From the NCBI RefSeq assembly GCF_030684315.1, contig NC_081387.1, positions 20,270,678 through 20,334,677 of the forward strand: DNA of 64,000 nucleotides, given 5' to 3'. Numbering within the stretch: position 1 is the first letter of the stretch; each line of letters begins with the position of its first letter. The notes beneath the pieces are model-generated. The model saw only the letters and a program-made list of their open reading frames with translations. It was not told where the DNA came from and did no database searches. The translations under genes were made by a program, and so were the position numbers. Source of the stretch: Stegostoma tigrinum (taxonomy: Eukaryota). Below, in pieces: positions 50,401 through 60,647 of this stretch.

Positions 50401-51292
50401 TCTTTCTTTCTGATTTACTGGTTCCACTATGTACCTTCTTCTCATTCCCTGCACTTGCTGACCTGCTGCTTTGGCTCCCAGCCCCCTGCCACTCGAGTTT
50501 AAACCCTTCCAAGTAGCACCACCGCACCTCCCCGAGAGGCTACTGGCTCCCCTCTGGTTTAGCTGCAACCCATCCCTCTTCTACAGATTACGACCGTCCC
50601 GGAAGAGGTCCCAATGATCCAAAGGACGTGAAGCCTTCGCCCCTGCACCAGCTCCTGAGGCACGCATTCATCTACCTATTTCTTGCCTCAATAGCACCTA
50701 ACCCAGAGATTACTGCCCTCGAGGTCCTGCTTTTCAGCCCCTCTCCTAAATCCCTGTACTCGCTCCGCAGCGCCTCATCCCTCTTTCTACCTATGTGGTT
50801 GGTACCAGTGTGCGCCACGACCTCTGGCTGTTCAAGCTTCCCAGTTTCCATTTATATATATTTTGGGGAGGTGATGGTTGGGGGACGGAGGGTGGTGAGA
50901 GAGTGGATCAATCTACAAAGTGAGAGTGATAAACGTACCATTTACTGTGACTCTTATGCCTTCTCCAGTCCCGCTCCCACCACGGATAACATGGACCTCG
51001 CAGTAATACGTTCCTGTATCGTTCAGTTTCGTCTCGGTTATTGATATCGACGCTATTTTCAATTCGAGGAAGGACGATGCATCGGTGTGCAGGACGCGGC
51101 CGAAATATCCTGCGCAATTGTTGCAAACTTCAGAAGTCTTATAATCTTTGTACCACATGTAGGAACCTATCAGTTTGCTTTTTGAATGGGTGGTATCCAC
51201 ACTAAAATTGCAGTGTAGATTCAACGTGTCACCCTTGGTAACGTTAATCGAGACCGGAGTTTGGTTGACTGTGACTCTGGAGTCAGTGATTC
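32145..51292 (-). CDS. Gene A: NKp30-family single-V receptor with long tyrosine-motif (ITSM/ITIM-like) tail, inhibitory-type. Exons 51292-50939, 39383-39246, 34971-34940, 32429-32145; leader not resolved
   Basis: The four exons join in frame (phases 1,1,0) with GT-AG sites, giving about 269 aa plus leader: V, AHIDSEETQSPIQWNTN, TM LLIFSVVVLVLFAIILIKIISTL, tail with TIYTKL, IVYSAS, IVYAAV. Additional small exons in the long introns cannot be excluded. Confidence 0.75.
33140..33840 (-). mobile_element. CR1/HER1 3' fragment
   Basis: ERVQKRFTRMLPGLEGMSYKERL...LKGDLIEVYKI. Confidence 0.9.
34198..34455 (-). mobile_element. HE1-type SINE, 5'-truncated
   Basis: Reverse-complement similarity to the HE1 core and tail. 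Confidence 0.75.
34940..34971 (-). CDS. Gene A short cytoplasmic exon (DNGTGDQVANE)
   Basis: cttttatag acceptor, GAG|gtatgt donor; its 32 nt convert phase 1 to phase 0, exactly as needed to join the TM exon to the last exon. Confidence 0.7.
35340..37257 (+). mobile_element. CR1 RT-to-3' fragment, interrupted by a SINE at about 35476-35817
   Basis: LSKFAVDTKIG.VVDSEED, GDLIEVYKI, 3' tail ctgtgactctatgac. Confidence 0.88.
35476..35817 (-). mobile_element. HE1-type SINE inserted in CR1
   Basis: cctgcatatctttggactgtgggaggaatccggagcac...gaaacccac core. Confidence 0.85.
38076..38395 (+). mobile_element. HE1-type SINE
   Basis: cagtggttagcactgctacctcac...agggacccc head and HE1 core. Confidence 0.85.
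39246..39383 (-). CDS. Gene A stalk/transmembrane exon
   Basis: Acceptor ctctcctctatttgcag, donor CAG|gtaatt, 138 nt, phase 1-1, encodes a long hydrophobic helix. Confidence 0.85.
39289..41103. repeat. Diverged tandem duplication, units about 39289-40209 and 40210-41103
   Basis: Colinear similarity throughout (e.g. cagcaccaggaccacca, atcatttgtacaaaataagca, cacaataaagagtcagttgggtga, aaaatggatt.aaaaatgctgc); gatt at all three boundaries. Confidence 0.9.
40198..40289 (-). CDS. Gene A duplicated truncated TM exon; candidate alternative terminal exon with GPI-signal-like C-terminus
   Basis: Intact acceptor (atattttcag), phase 1, open frame AHIDSGETPSPNLLVFSMVVLVLVVIITFE*; paralogous to exon 39383-39246. 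Confidence 0.55.
44100..44830 (+). mobile_element. Decayed CR1 3' fragment
   Basis: Residual CR1 3' coding and tail sequence (tgaaatgcactacctgagagtg). Confidence 0.55.
45020..50840 (-). mobile_element. Near full-length degenerate CR1/HER1 LINE (ORF1 remnant, APE, RT, 3' end), split by the Penelope insertion
   Basis: KSCLTNLIEF, DFSKAFDKVPH, LQLYKTSVRPYL, HFGSSGHNSL, CVHFNAR and ORF1-like VVAHTGTN. Confidence 0.9.
47668..50306 (-). mobile_element. Degenerate Penelope-like element (RT on -, inverted 3' copy about 49510-50306 on +) inserted in a CR1
   Basis: ORF 48900-49580 RT motifs (FTMDIQHLYTCIPH, YACLFVG); caggctc duplicated at 47661-47667 and 50307-50313. Confidence 0.85.
50939..51292 (-). 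CDS. Gene A Ig V-set exon (NKp30-like)
   Basis: LNLHCNFS...IGSYMWYKD...ASISI...DTGTYYCEVHVIRGGSGTGEGIRVTV resembles human NKp30 YVCRVEVLGLGVGTGNGTRLVV; acceptor ttttacag, donor G|gtacgt; 354 nt, phase 1-1. Confidence 0.93.
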
Positions 51293-51874
51293 CTGTAAAA
51301 ACAAGGACTTCAAGGATAATCACGCCGTTCTACATTGTGTGCCTTTCAGTAGCTGCAGATAGTCTCAAACATAAAATATTCTTCTCTGAATATTTACGGT
51401 TTATGAAGACAAGAGCAGTTTGCCAATGATAAATTACAAATTTCGCGCTACGCCATCCAATGCTTCGATCATTATCCGCGCGCTTTAATCTTCTGCAGAC
51501 ATTGCCCGAACTACTGACAGTATCCACTATTTTCTACCTTTCGTTCAGATTTACACTCCATCGGACACTTTGTTTTCTGCCTTCACTCTGCTCCATAAAG
51601 ATACCGGGAAATGGGGTTCTAACTGCCCTGATTTGTGACACTGAGCAGTTTCCCCTTCATAGACAAACCAGCGGCTGAGCTAAAACAATTAAAGTTCCTG
51701 CTCGGAAAATATAAGTTCTTCCACCTTGCTGTCCGCAAAAGTGTGCATATTGCGCTTTGGTCCGAATTATCTTTTGCATTTATTTTGCGGATTGGCTTAA
51801 CGATGTGGCACTGGAGCAGAAAAATGGCGGTAAATTAAAATCTAAAGTAATTAAAATCGGACAGTTCTTAGATT

Positions 51875-52105
51875 TAAGATAACAAGGCGTGGAGCTTGGT
51901 GAACACAGCAGGCCGAGCAGAATTTTAGGAGAAGGAAAGCTGATGTTTCCGGCCTAGACCCTTCTTCGGAAGGGTTTTCTGAAGAAGGGTCTAGGCCCGA
52001 AACGTCAGCTTTCCTGCTCCTCTGATGCTGCGTGGAATGCTGTGTTCATTCAGCTCTACACCTTGCTATCTCAGATTCTCCAGCACTGCAGTTCCTACTA
52101 TTTCT
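51875..52105. mobile_element. Palindromic Penelope pLTR pair with two back-to-back hammerhead motifs
   Basis: Arms about 51877-51970 and 51977-52072 are imperfect reverse complements; ctgaagaagggtctaggcccgaaacgtc on +, decayed copy on -. Confidence 0.85.
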
Positions 52106-53264
52106 GAAACGTTTTTGGGTTTGGAGGGCAATCGCAATTCTACTTTGTGCTCGGACCAATGAGTTGAAAGTGTACCCAGGACGGTTAAGGGTCAAATTAT
52201 CATTTAATTAAATTTTCCTGCTCGAGGAGAGGGGCAGTTTGAAGTGCTGTCTCAATGGGAAATATAAATACAAGCAACTCGACAGTTAACTTTTCAATCA
52301 TTAAAATGGTCGGCTATTTTGCAGTTGAGGCGCAATTCATTTTCAGTTACCAGAAGACAACCACTTAATATAGATGAGGGAGTTTATGGGGACCTAGTAC
52401 TTTGCATCTCTTGAATGTCATCCCTGTTTCCACTATTCATAGGGTGATGGAGCTAGCCATGAGTCTGGGAAACCATTCCAAATTCTTGGCAATACAATGC
52501 ACGTCTTTTTAAAACCAACCTTACCTGAGGGTCACCGAGGACTTAAGTGCATTACTAACGAGGCCCATCTCGACTTCCACTAGGACAGAACGTGAAAGGC
52601 TTTTTGAGACCTAATACCACATGAAGCAACCTGGGCTGTAACTCGATGTTCCATTCACGAACTTGAACGCAAGTGATGCAGTTCTCGGAACTTTCCGATT
52701 CTGTTGTCTATTTGAAGCATATGGACAGGTTTGCTTGGGGATTTTCTTTTATCAGCGATTAATATTAGCCATACCTAATGGTATTTATATAGTGTCTTTA
52801 TATTAAGAAACATCAAGCGTGGCGTCAAAGTAGGCTCAGATTAATTGCTGAAGAATCGATCCGCCAATTGAGTAGCTGTATAATTTCTCTCAGTGTCGGT
52901 ACAATTCATTGTGGAAACAAATTAATATGTCTGCAGCACTTTGCAGTACGGTATGAAGGATTTGCTTTATACGTGTGTTTGCATGTGCAGGTTTATAGAT
53001 GCCTGCAAAACAGCACACATGTTCTGTGTGCGTGTGTGGATGTGTGGGAATCTGTTCATTCACAAAAAAATACCGTGGTTGTGGATTACTTACTCGGGTA
53101 CAACAGCAAGAGCCAAATAATTCGGTTCGACAACATGGTCCCGCGGCTGTCTGCCGATTACAGAAGAGTTTCTTTTAAGATCGGTTTTTAGAAGCAATCC
53201 ATTCTGCACTGTCAAAAATCATGATGAGTCTACACATTATCTTGTATTATCTTTATCTTATTAC

Positions 53265-53320
53265 CATCGTGGAAGAAGGGAACATAGAAAGATAAGAATC
53301 CCACATAAACATCGCACCAT
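53265..53320 (-). other. Candidate leader exon of gene A (MVRCLCGILIFLCSLLPR), out of phase by one base
   Basis: Signal-peptide-like ORF ending at donor TG|gtaata about 2 kb upstream of the V exon, but its 56 nt (phase 2) do not fit the phase-1 V acceptor. Confidence 0.3.
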
Positions 53321-55169
53321 TCTGACTACTGGAGATCTAACACGATACTTTTGAAGTTGGAATGTGGAAATTGAATGAACTCTTGGTAAACAAAGGACTG
53401 GAGTTTTGCCTGGGATGGATGCGGGGTGGGGTGAGATGGTGTTGAACGGAGTGATGAGATCAAACACGATTTCATGGAATGGTGCAAACCAGCTCGAGGG
53501 TTCTACTGGTCGACTCCTGTTTCTGATTCACATGTTCGTAGAAGCCGCGGATGAAAATGCTTACATAGCAAGGTCGCACAAGAAGCGCTAAGGATCGACT
53601 TTCTTTTCCCGCCGCTGAAGGGAGAATAATTTCCTTGGGAAACCGTGAGCTCCAAATTTTCTGTCCGTCCGATGTGGACGGCTATGTGCGCCTGAGAAGG
53701 CGGACGGAGTTCCCACTGAACATTTAATCTGAACGATGCCACCTCGGAGAGCGCAAAATCCCTTGTTACGGGTATCTAACTGTCAGTGTGGATATCAGTG
53801 ATTACGTTTTGGATCGACACTTGGAGCTTCATCCTTCCAACTCAGAGCTGTGGGTGCAAGTAATTGAGACGTGGCTAACAGAGCCGTAGAAATTTGAAGA
53901 TTTTACACCACGCTTACAACAGGCTCTCGGCCCATTGTGACCGCTCGTTCACATCCAAGAATAAACCGCCGTAGTTAAAATTTCAAATAGTGATAATGCA
54001 CATGTTTTGCTGAGATATGATGGAACACTCGTGCATAGGACCTTTCAAAGGAGAGAATGTCTCTGCTAGGTCGAAATACCCGCTATATTGCTCACAGATA
54101 GAATAAAACAGTACCTTCTGATGGCAACTCTGCAAGGAAACTTCTGTCGATGTCAAAGTAGAATATTGAACACTCAGTGATGTAAGTGTCACTGGCTACT
54201 TTGCACATCATTTCCGGTTACCATTATTGCCATGTTTAGGAAATGTTCCTGTGTCTTCTTGGACAAGTTCGCGTTGAATCAGACAATATAATAAATGAAC
54301 AAAAACGAAGTTGCTGGAAAAGCTCAACGGGCCTGGCAGCATCTGTGAAGGAGAAAACAGAGTTAACGCTTCGGGTCCGGTGACCCTTCGTCAGAACAGA
54401 AATATAATGGATGAACGGAGGTTCCGGGATGCCAACACAAATGAATAGCGTCCGTGTTCTTGGTCATCGCTTAGATCACGCGATGTCTATTGAAATTTGC
54501 TCATTATCATTTCTGACACAATTTAAGAAAATCTATATGAGCCTATTTAATTTCGAGTCGTGGGCAATGTTCAGACTTGCGGAGAAATGTAATGCCCCAG
54601 TGCGGTATACACACCTTGTACCGCCGGCCTGATTTTGTGAGTTTTCGAAGATGATGAAACGGATGATATTCAGGTCAGCTATAAGATGAGGTCAAAAATC
54701 ACACGACGCCAGGTTATTTGAAAACATTATCCTTCGGAGCCTTGCTCTTTCAGTTGATAGTGAGAGAGGTGGCATCAGACACAGATTTTATAAGTGAAAG
54801 ATCAAAGGATCATATAACTGATGCAATTGTATTGAACCAACCCAGGATGTCTGTTAAATCTTTAATCAGTTAGAAAATAAAGCAGGTTTCAATAAATTAA
54901 TGTGTAAACCCCAGAAATTCTTTCAAGTCACTGCCCCGTGATAACTAAAGGTTTTATGAGTACGCCAGAGGTGACATCCCAGATCACACAATGCATTTCA
55001 GGTTTGAAGCTTTGTTTAGAATCTGGATGCGTTTTAACTTGGAGTCAGACTTTTATTTCCAAAGTAGGAATTTATAACATGCCAAATTGACTGCCCACAA
55101 GATGTATGTTTTTTGAACAAAATAGAATGTATCTGCAATTACGAAACTGCAAATGCAAATTCAACACAG

Positions 55170-58100
55170 ACGCTTGAGTAGACTTGTAGCCCAGGTCGCG
55201 GATGCTGTAGTTGGTTCTCTCGCCGAGCTGGGTCGTTAGTTCGCAAGGCGTTTCATTACCCTGCTGGGTAACATTATCAGTGCAGCCTCCGGGGAAGCTC
55301 TGTTACGTGATCCCGCCTAATATTTAAACTCAGGGGGTCCACTGGAATTGGTTACGTCATTTCCGCTTTTTTTTCTCAGTGGTGTATATGGGGGGTCTAA
55401 TTCTGCGTGTTTATTGTTGGCCCTCTCGGTGGAGAGCCAAGCCTCCAGCAATCCCCGTGCTTGACTCTATTTGGCCTGTCCTAGGATCCTGATATTGTCC
55501 CAATCAAACTGATGGTTCTCCTTATCCGTGTGAATGGAAACGAGTGAGTACTGGTCATGTCTTTTTGTTGCTTGTTGGTGTTCTTGTATTCTTGTGGCCA
55601 GTTTCCATCCTGTCTGTCCATTATAATGTTTGTGGCAGTCTTTGCATGGGATCTTGTAAATGGTTCTGTCTATCGTGGGTAAGGGGGTAAGAAGAAGACC
55701 TCTACCAACTATTTAAGGACAAGGGATACTCCAACAGCTGGGTCCTACCACGCCTATCACATAAACAGCAACAGGAAGATATAGTAAGTCCTGACACACC
55801 TGTCACATTACCATACACCAAGAACATATCTGAACTGACCACAAGACTCCTATGACCATTGGGCATCAGAGTGGCACACAAACCTACACAAACCCCATGC
55901 CAACTGCTAACTGGAAACAAAAGACTTCTACTCAGTATGGACAGAACCAACGTGATATACAAGATCCCATGCAAACACTGCGACAAACATTACATTTGAG
56001 AGACAGGAAGGAAACTGGCCACAAAAATGCAAGAACACCAACTAGCGACGAAAAGACATGACTGGTACTCAGAGATAATGGGAACTGCAGATGCTGGAGA
56101 ATCCAAGATAACAAAGTGTGGAGCTGGATGAACACAGCAGGCCAAGCAGCATCTTAGGAGCACAAAAGTTGACGATTCGGACCTCGACCCTTCATCAGAG
56201 AGGGGGAAAGGGAGACGATTCTGAAATAAATAGGGAGAGAGGGGGAGGCGAACTGAAGATGGATAGAGGAGAAGATAAGTGGAGATGAGAGTATAGATGG
56301 GGAGGTAGGGAGGGGTTAGGTCTGTGCGGGGAGGATGGACAGGTCAAAGGGGCGGGATGAGGTTAGTAGGTAGGAAATGGAGGTGCGGTTTGAGGTGGGA
56401 GGAGGGGATAGGTGAGAGGGAGGTGGGGACGAGCTGGGCTGGTTTTGGGATGCAGTGGGGGGAGGGGAGATTTTGAAGCTCGTAAAATCCACATTGACAG
56501 CATTGGGCTGCAGGATTCCCAAGCGGAATATGAGTTGCCCGGGTGGCATCATTAGGGCACTGCAGCAGGCCCAGGATGGACATGTCGTCTAAGGAATGGG
56601 AGGGGGAATGGGCCCAAGCTATGCCTGCCTCTTTGTAGGTTACAGTGAACAGTACCTCTTCCACAACTACACTGGCCCTAAACCCCACCTCTTCCTCCGT
56701 TACATTGATGACTGTATCGGCGCCACCTCGTGCTCCCAAGAGGAGCTTGAACAGTTCATCCACTTTACCAACACATTCCACCCCAACCTCAAGTTCACCT
56801 GGATCATCTCCAACACATCCCTCACCTTCCTGGACCTCTCTGTCTCCATCACTGGCAACCACCTAGAAACCAATGTCCATTTCAAGCCCACCGACTCCCA
56901 CAGCTACCTAGAATACACCCGCTCTCAACTACCTTCCTGCAAAAATTCCATCGTCTATTCCCAATTCCTCTACCCCGGCTGCATCTGCTCCAGGATGAGG
57001 CATTCTACTCCCATATATCCCAGATGTTCTCATTCTTCCAGGACTGCATGTACCCCCCCCCCCCCCGGGGTGGTCAAGTATACCCTCAAATGTGTCTCCC
57101 GGACTTCCTGCACCTCATCCCTCACACCCCACCCTCGCAATAACTGCCACAAAAGAATCCCCTTCGTTCTCACATACCACCCCACCAACCTCCGGATACA
57201 ATGTATCATCCTCCGACACTTCTGCCATCTACAATCCGACCCCACCACCCAAGACATTTTTCCATCCCCACCCTTGTCTGCCTTCCGGAGAGACCACTGT
57301 CTCCACGACTCCCTTGTTCGCTCCACACTCCCCTCCAACCCAAACACACCCAGCACTTTCCCCTGCAACTGCAGGAAGTGCTACACTTGCCCCCACACCT
57401 CCTCCCTCACCCCCATCCCAGGCCCCAAGATGACTTTCCACATCAAGCAGATGTTCACCTGCACATCTGCCAATGTGGTATACTGCACTTGCTGTACCCG
57501 TTGTGGCTTTCTCTACATTGGGGAAATCAAGCGGAGGCTTGGGGACAACTTTGCAGAACACCTCCGCTCGGTTTGCAACAAACAACTGCGCTTCCCAGTC
57601 GCGAACCATTTCAACTCCCCCTCCCATTCCTTAGATGGCACGTCCATCCTGGGCCTCCTGCAGTGCCACAATGATGCCACCCGAAGATTTCAGGAACAGC
57701 AACTCATATTCCGCTTGGAAACCCTGCAACCCAATGGTAACAATGTGGATTTCATCAGCTTTAAATCTCCCCTCCACCCACTGCATCCCAAAACCAGCCC
57801 AGCTTGTCCCTGCCTCCCTAACCTATTCCTATTCTCGCCTATCCCCTCCTCCCACCTCAAGCCACATCTCCATTTCCTACCAACTAACCTCATTCCGCCC
57901 CCTTGACCTATCCATCCTCCCCGGGCTGACCTATCCCGTCCCTACCTCCCCACCCATACTCTCCTCTCCACCTATCTTCTCCTCTATCCATGAACACCGC
58001 AGGCCAAGCAGCATCTCAGGAGCACAAAAGCTGACGTTTCGGGCATAGACCCTTCATCAGAGAGGGCCGAAGAGATTACAAGAGAGTTGCAGTGGGAGAG

Positions 58101-58865
58101 GGATTCCCTGAGGTTGGTCCGGAGGGAGGAGGGTAACGTCTTCAAGTTAGGCATCCCCGAAAGAGGCTTCGCAGTGAGGTTAAAATTGTGATCAGAGATA
58201 ATCAGATGATGAAGGTTCTAGGTGAAGGGTCTAGCCCCGAAACATCAGCTTGTGTGGTCCTGAGCTGCTGCTTGGCCTGCTGTGTTCATCCAGTTTCACA
58301 CTTTGTTATCTTGGATTCTCCAGCATCTGCAGTTCCCATTATCTCCTCTCATCTATCCATCTTCGGTCTGCCTCCCCCTGTCTCCCTATTTATTTCAGAA
58401 TACTACCCCCATCCCCCTTTTCTGATGAAGGGTCTAGGCCTAAAACGTCAGCTTTTGTGCTCCTAAGATGCTGCTTGGCCTGCTATGTTCATCCAGCTTC
58501 ACACTTTATGACCTGTACTCACCTGTTTCCATTCACACGGATAAGAAGAACCACCAGTTTGATTCGGCCAACATCAGGATCCTCGGACAGGTCAAACAAA
58601 GGCCAGCACGGGATTTTCTGGAGTCCTGGTTCTCTACCAAGAGGGCCAACAATAAACTCATAAAATTAGACCCTATGTATACATCGCTGCGAAGAAAAAC
58701 TGGAAATGAGGTGACCGATTCCAACGGACCCCAAAGTTTGAATACCAGGCGGGAAAACACAACACTTCATCGGAGGCTGCACTGATGATGTTACCCAGCA
58801 GAGTAATGAAACATCTGCAAACTAACGAACCAGCTCGGCGAGCCAACGAAGCACATCACCCCACA
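55170..58865 (+). mobile_element. Second Penelope-like family: inverted 3' copy 55170-55690 (-), direct copy 55700-56071 resuming at 58508-58865
   Basis: GIY-YIG remnant (NVIYKIPC..C..HYI.ETGRKL) and pLTR homologous to 3240-3720; interrupted by the element at 56072-58507. Confidence 0.85.
56072..58507 (+). mobile_element. Penelope-like element (RT + GIY-YIG) with inverted 5' pLTR and rearranged 3' pLTRs
   Basis: ORF 56596-57906 has MGPSYACLF, FLRYIDD and VVYC..C..CGFLYIGE.KRRL; 56072-56600 is an inverted copy of its 3' end; hammerhead cores in the pLTRs. Confidence 0.92.
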
Positions 58866-58873
58866 CATTTGCA

Positions 58874-59047
58874 AGTGTGTGTGCGTGCGTGTGTGTGTGT
58901 GTGTGTGCATGCGCACGTGCGCGAGCATACATGCGTGCGCCTGTGTGTGGAGGACAGAGAGAAAGACCGTGTGTGAGAGAGAGGAAGAGAGTGTGTATGT
59001 TTGTAAGGCAGAGAGAGAGCGTGTGTGAGGAAGAGGGAGACAGAGAG
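58874..59047. repeat. (GT)n/(GC) alternating tract followed by GA/GT low-complexity sequence
   Basis: Direct observation. Confidence 0.9.
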
Positions 59048-59844
59048 TGGCACCTCCACATCATGGCTGTAGGATGAACCACTCTTCCGCTCTCTTGTGT
59101 TCTGCATATCAACTGAAGTTTAACTTTCATCCATCCGAGTGTATTAGTTCTTGGGCCGTAGATTTTTTTTTGAAATGCAAATCGGCTGCCTGCTTTCATT
59201 CCGACCCATCTGCAATACATGTGAAAATTGAGCCTGTTTAGAAGCAGGCTGAACAATGTGTCATCCCCCGTCCACCCTTGACACCATGTTGTACATTTTC
59301 TTTACGGTCGAGTCTTATGTTTTATTTTCTGATGTCCGAAAATTTCTACACTAAGGTGACATGTTAAAGTGCGCGATCCACGGTATTACGACAAAAAGAT
59401 AACGTTTCTTGGAAATGTCTTCCTCATCTCGTTGGAAACAGAGATACTATGACAAGTAGAAACAATTTTGATGTTTAAATTAAATCAAGCAGTAATCAGA
59501 TGATTCTTCACTTATCCTTTCAATTCCGCTTGCCTTCCTTCGCCTTCTCTTTCTCCTGTCCGAAAGTGGAGATGAAAGCTATTTTGCACATCCCTCTCTT
59601 TTAGATTTAAATTCATTTGATATTCTCATTTGTACCTAGGCACAGTGAAAAGTGGATAACGTCGCCAAGTTCCACCGCCATCTGGAATTACGGAATGAAC
59701 TGCTGAATAAATTGTATAAATAGTTAAAAACCGAGTAAATTAATAGTTAATTAGTATTACTAAATCTGAAATAACTCCCAAAGATCATCTTTCCCTCTCC
59801 GTAAACTTCAGTCTCTCAAATCCTCCAGTCGCCGCACTCCTACA

Positions 59845-60245
59845 TCTTCCTCGGGGTCACAGCGTCATACAACACGGAAACAGATCCTTCGTTCCAACAG
59901 GTCCATGCCGACCATAATCTCAAACTGAACTAGACCCACCTGCCTGCGCCAGGCTCATACCCCTCCAAACATTTCTTATTCATGTCCTTATCTAAAGGCC
60001 TTTTAAACATTGTCACTGTACCCCTTCCATCACTTCCTTTGGAAATTCATTTCACACATTCTGTGAACCAAAGATGCCCCTCATGTCGTTTTCTCATAAC
60101 GACATTTTCTAATAAGAATCTTTCGCCTCTCCCTTAAAAATATATGCCCTAGTCTTGAACCCCCCCCCCCCCCCCACCAACTTATCTATACCCCTCATGA
60201 TTTTAGAAATCTCTATAATGTCGCGTGTCAACCTCCTCCGTTGCA
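59845..60245 (-). mobile_element. CR1/HER1 3' fragment
   Basis: RRLTRDIIEISKIMRGIDK and HER1-like tail. Confidence 0.75.
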
Positions 60246-60647
60246 GGGCGCAGGTATTGCGCTCCTTTTCTGCCGCCACAGACCCAGTCGTTTCCGCTTC
60301 GCCCCCTCCGAGTTGGGGACGGTCACAATGCGCGGGTCCCTCACCTCCTCCGACGCTGGACATCGACCGACTCTGAGCAAACAGACGGGATCCTGGCGCC
60401 AGGAGAGAAATACCCGGGGTCCCGGCATGCTGTGGGAGGGCATCAGCAGGAGGCCTCAGGGTAGCCAAAGCAAAAAAGAAACAAAGTTACCGGGCTGGAA
60501 AATCAACGGAGAGGCGGTGTGGATGCGGCAGAGCCAGCCGCATGAGCCATGAGCTAGCGAGTTTTGAGAAGATTTGTAGCTCAGGTTGAGGTTCTGGATG
60601 TGAGTTTGCTCGCTGAGCTGGAAGCCTAGTTTTCAGACGTTTCGTCA

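Noticed and set aside
5093-51292. Rearranging TCR/IgNAR/Ig locus
   Set aside because: V and J-like strands are in single exons, no RSS pair or C1 exon was seen, and V splices straight to TM exons; the isolated CACAGTG heptamers I noticed lie mostly in repeats and lack nonamers.
32145-51292. Calling gene A PD-1 (PDCD1) or CD28/CTLA4
   Set aside because: No MYPPPY-like motif, motif order differs from PD-1 (ITIM then C-terminal TEYATI-type ITSM), and the V domain looks closer to NKp30; needs phylogeny and synteny.
52525-52568. ATG exon with strong CAG|gtaagg donor
   Set aside because: Phase 2, not hydrophobic, resembles a SINE fragment.
59636-59681. Phase-1 ATG exon as gene A leader (MAVELGDVIHFSLCL)
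   Set aside because: Matches the repeat tail also seen at about 947-1020 and is a poor signal peptide.
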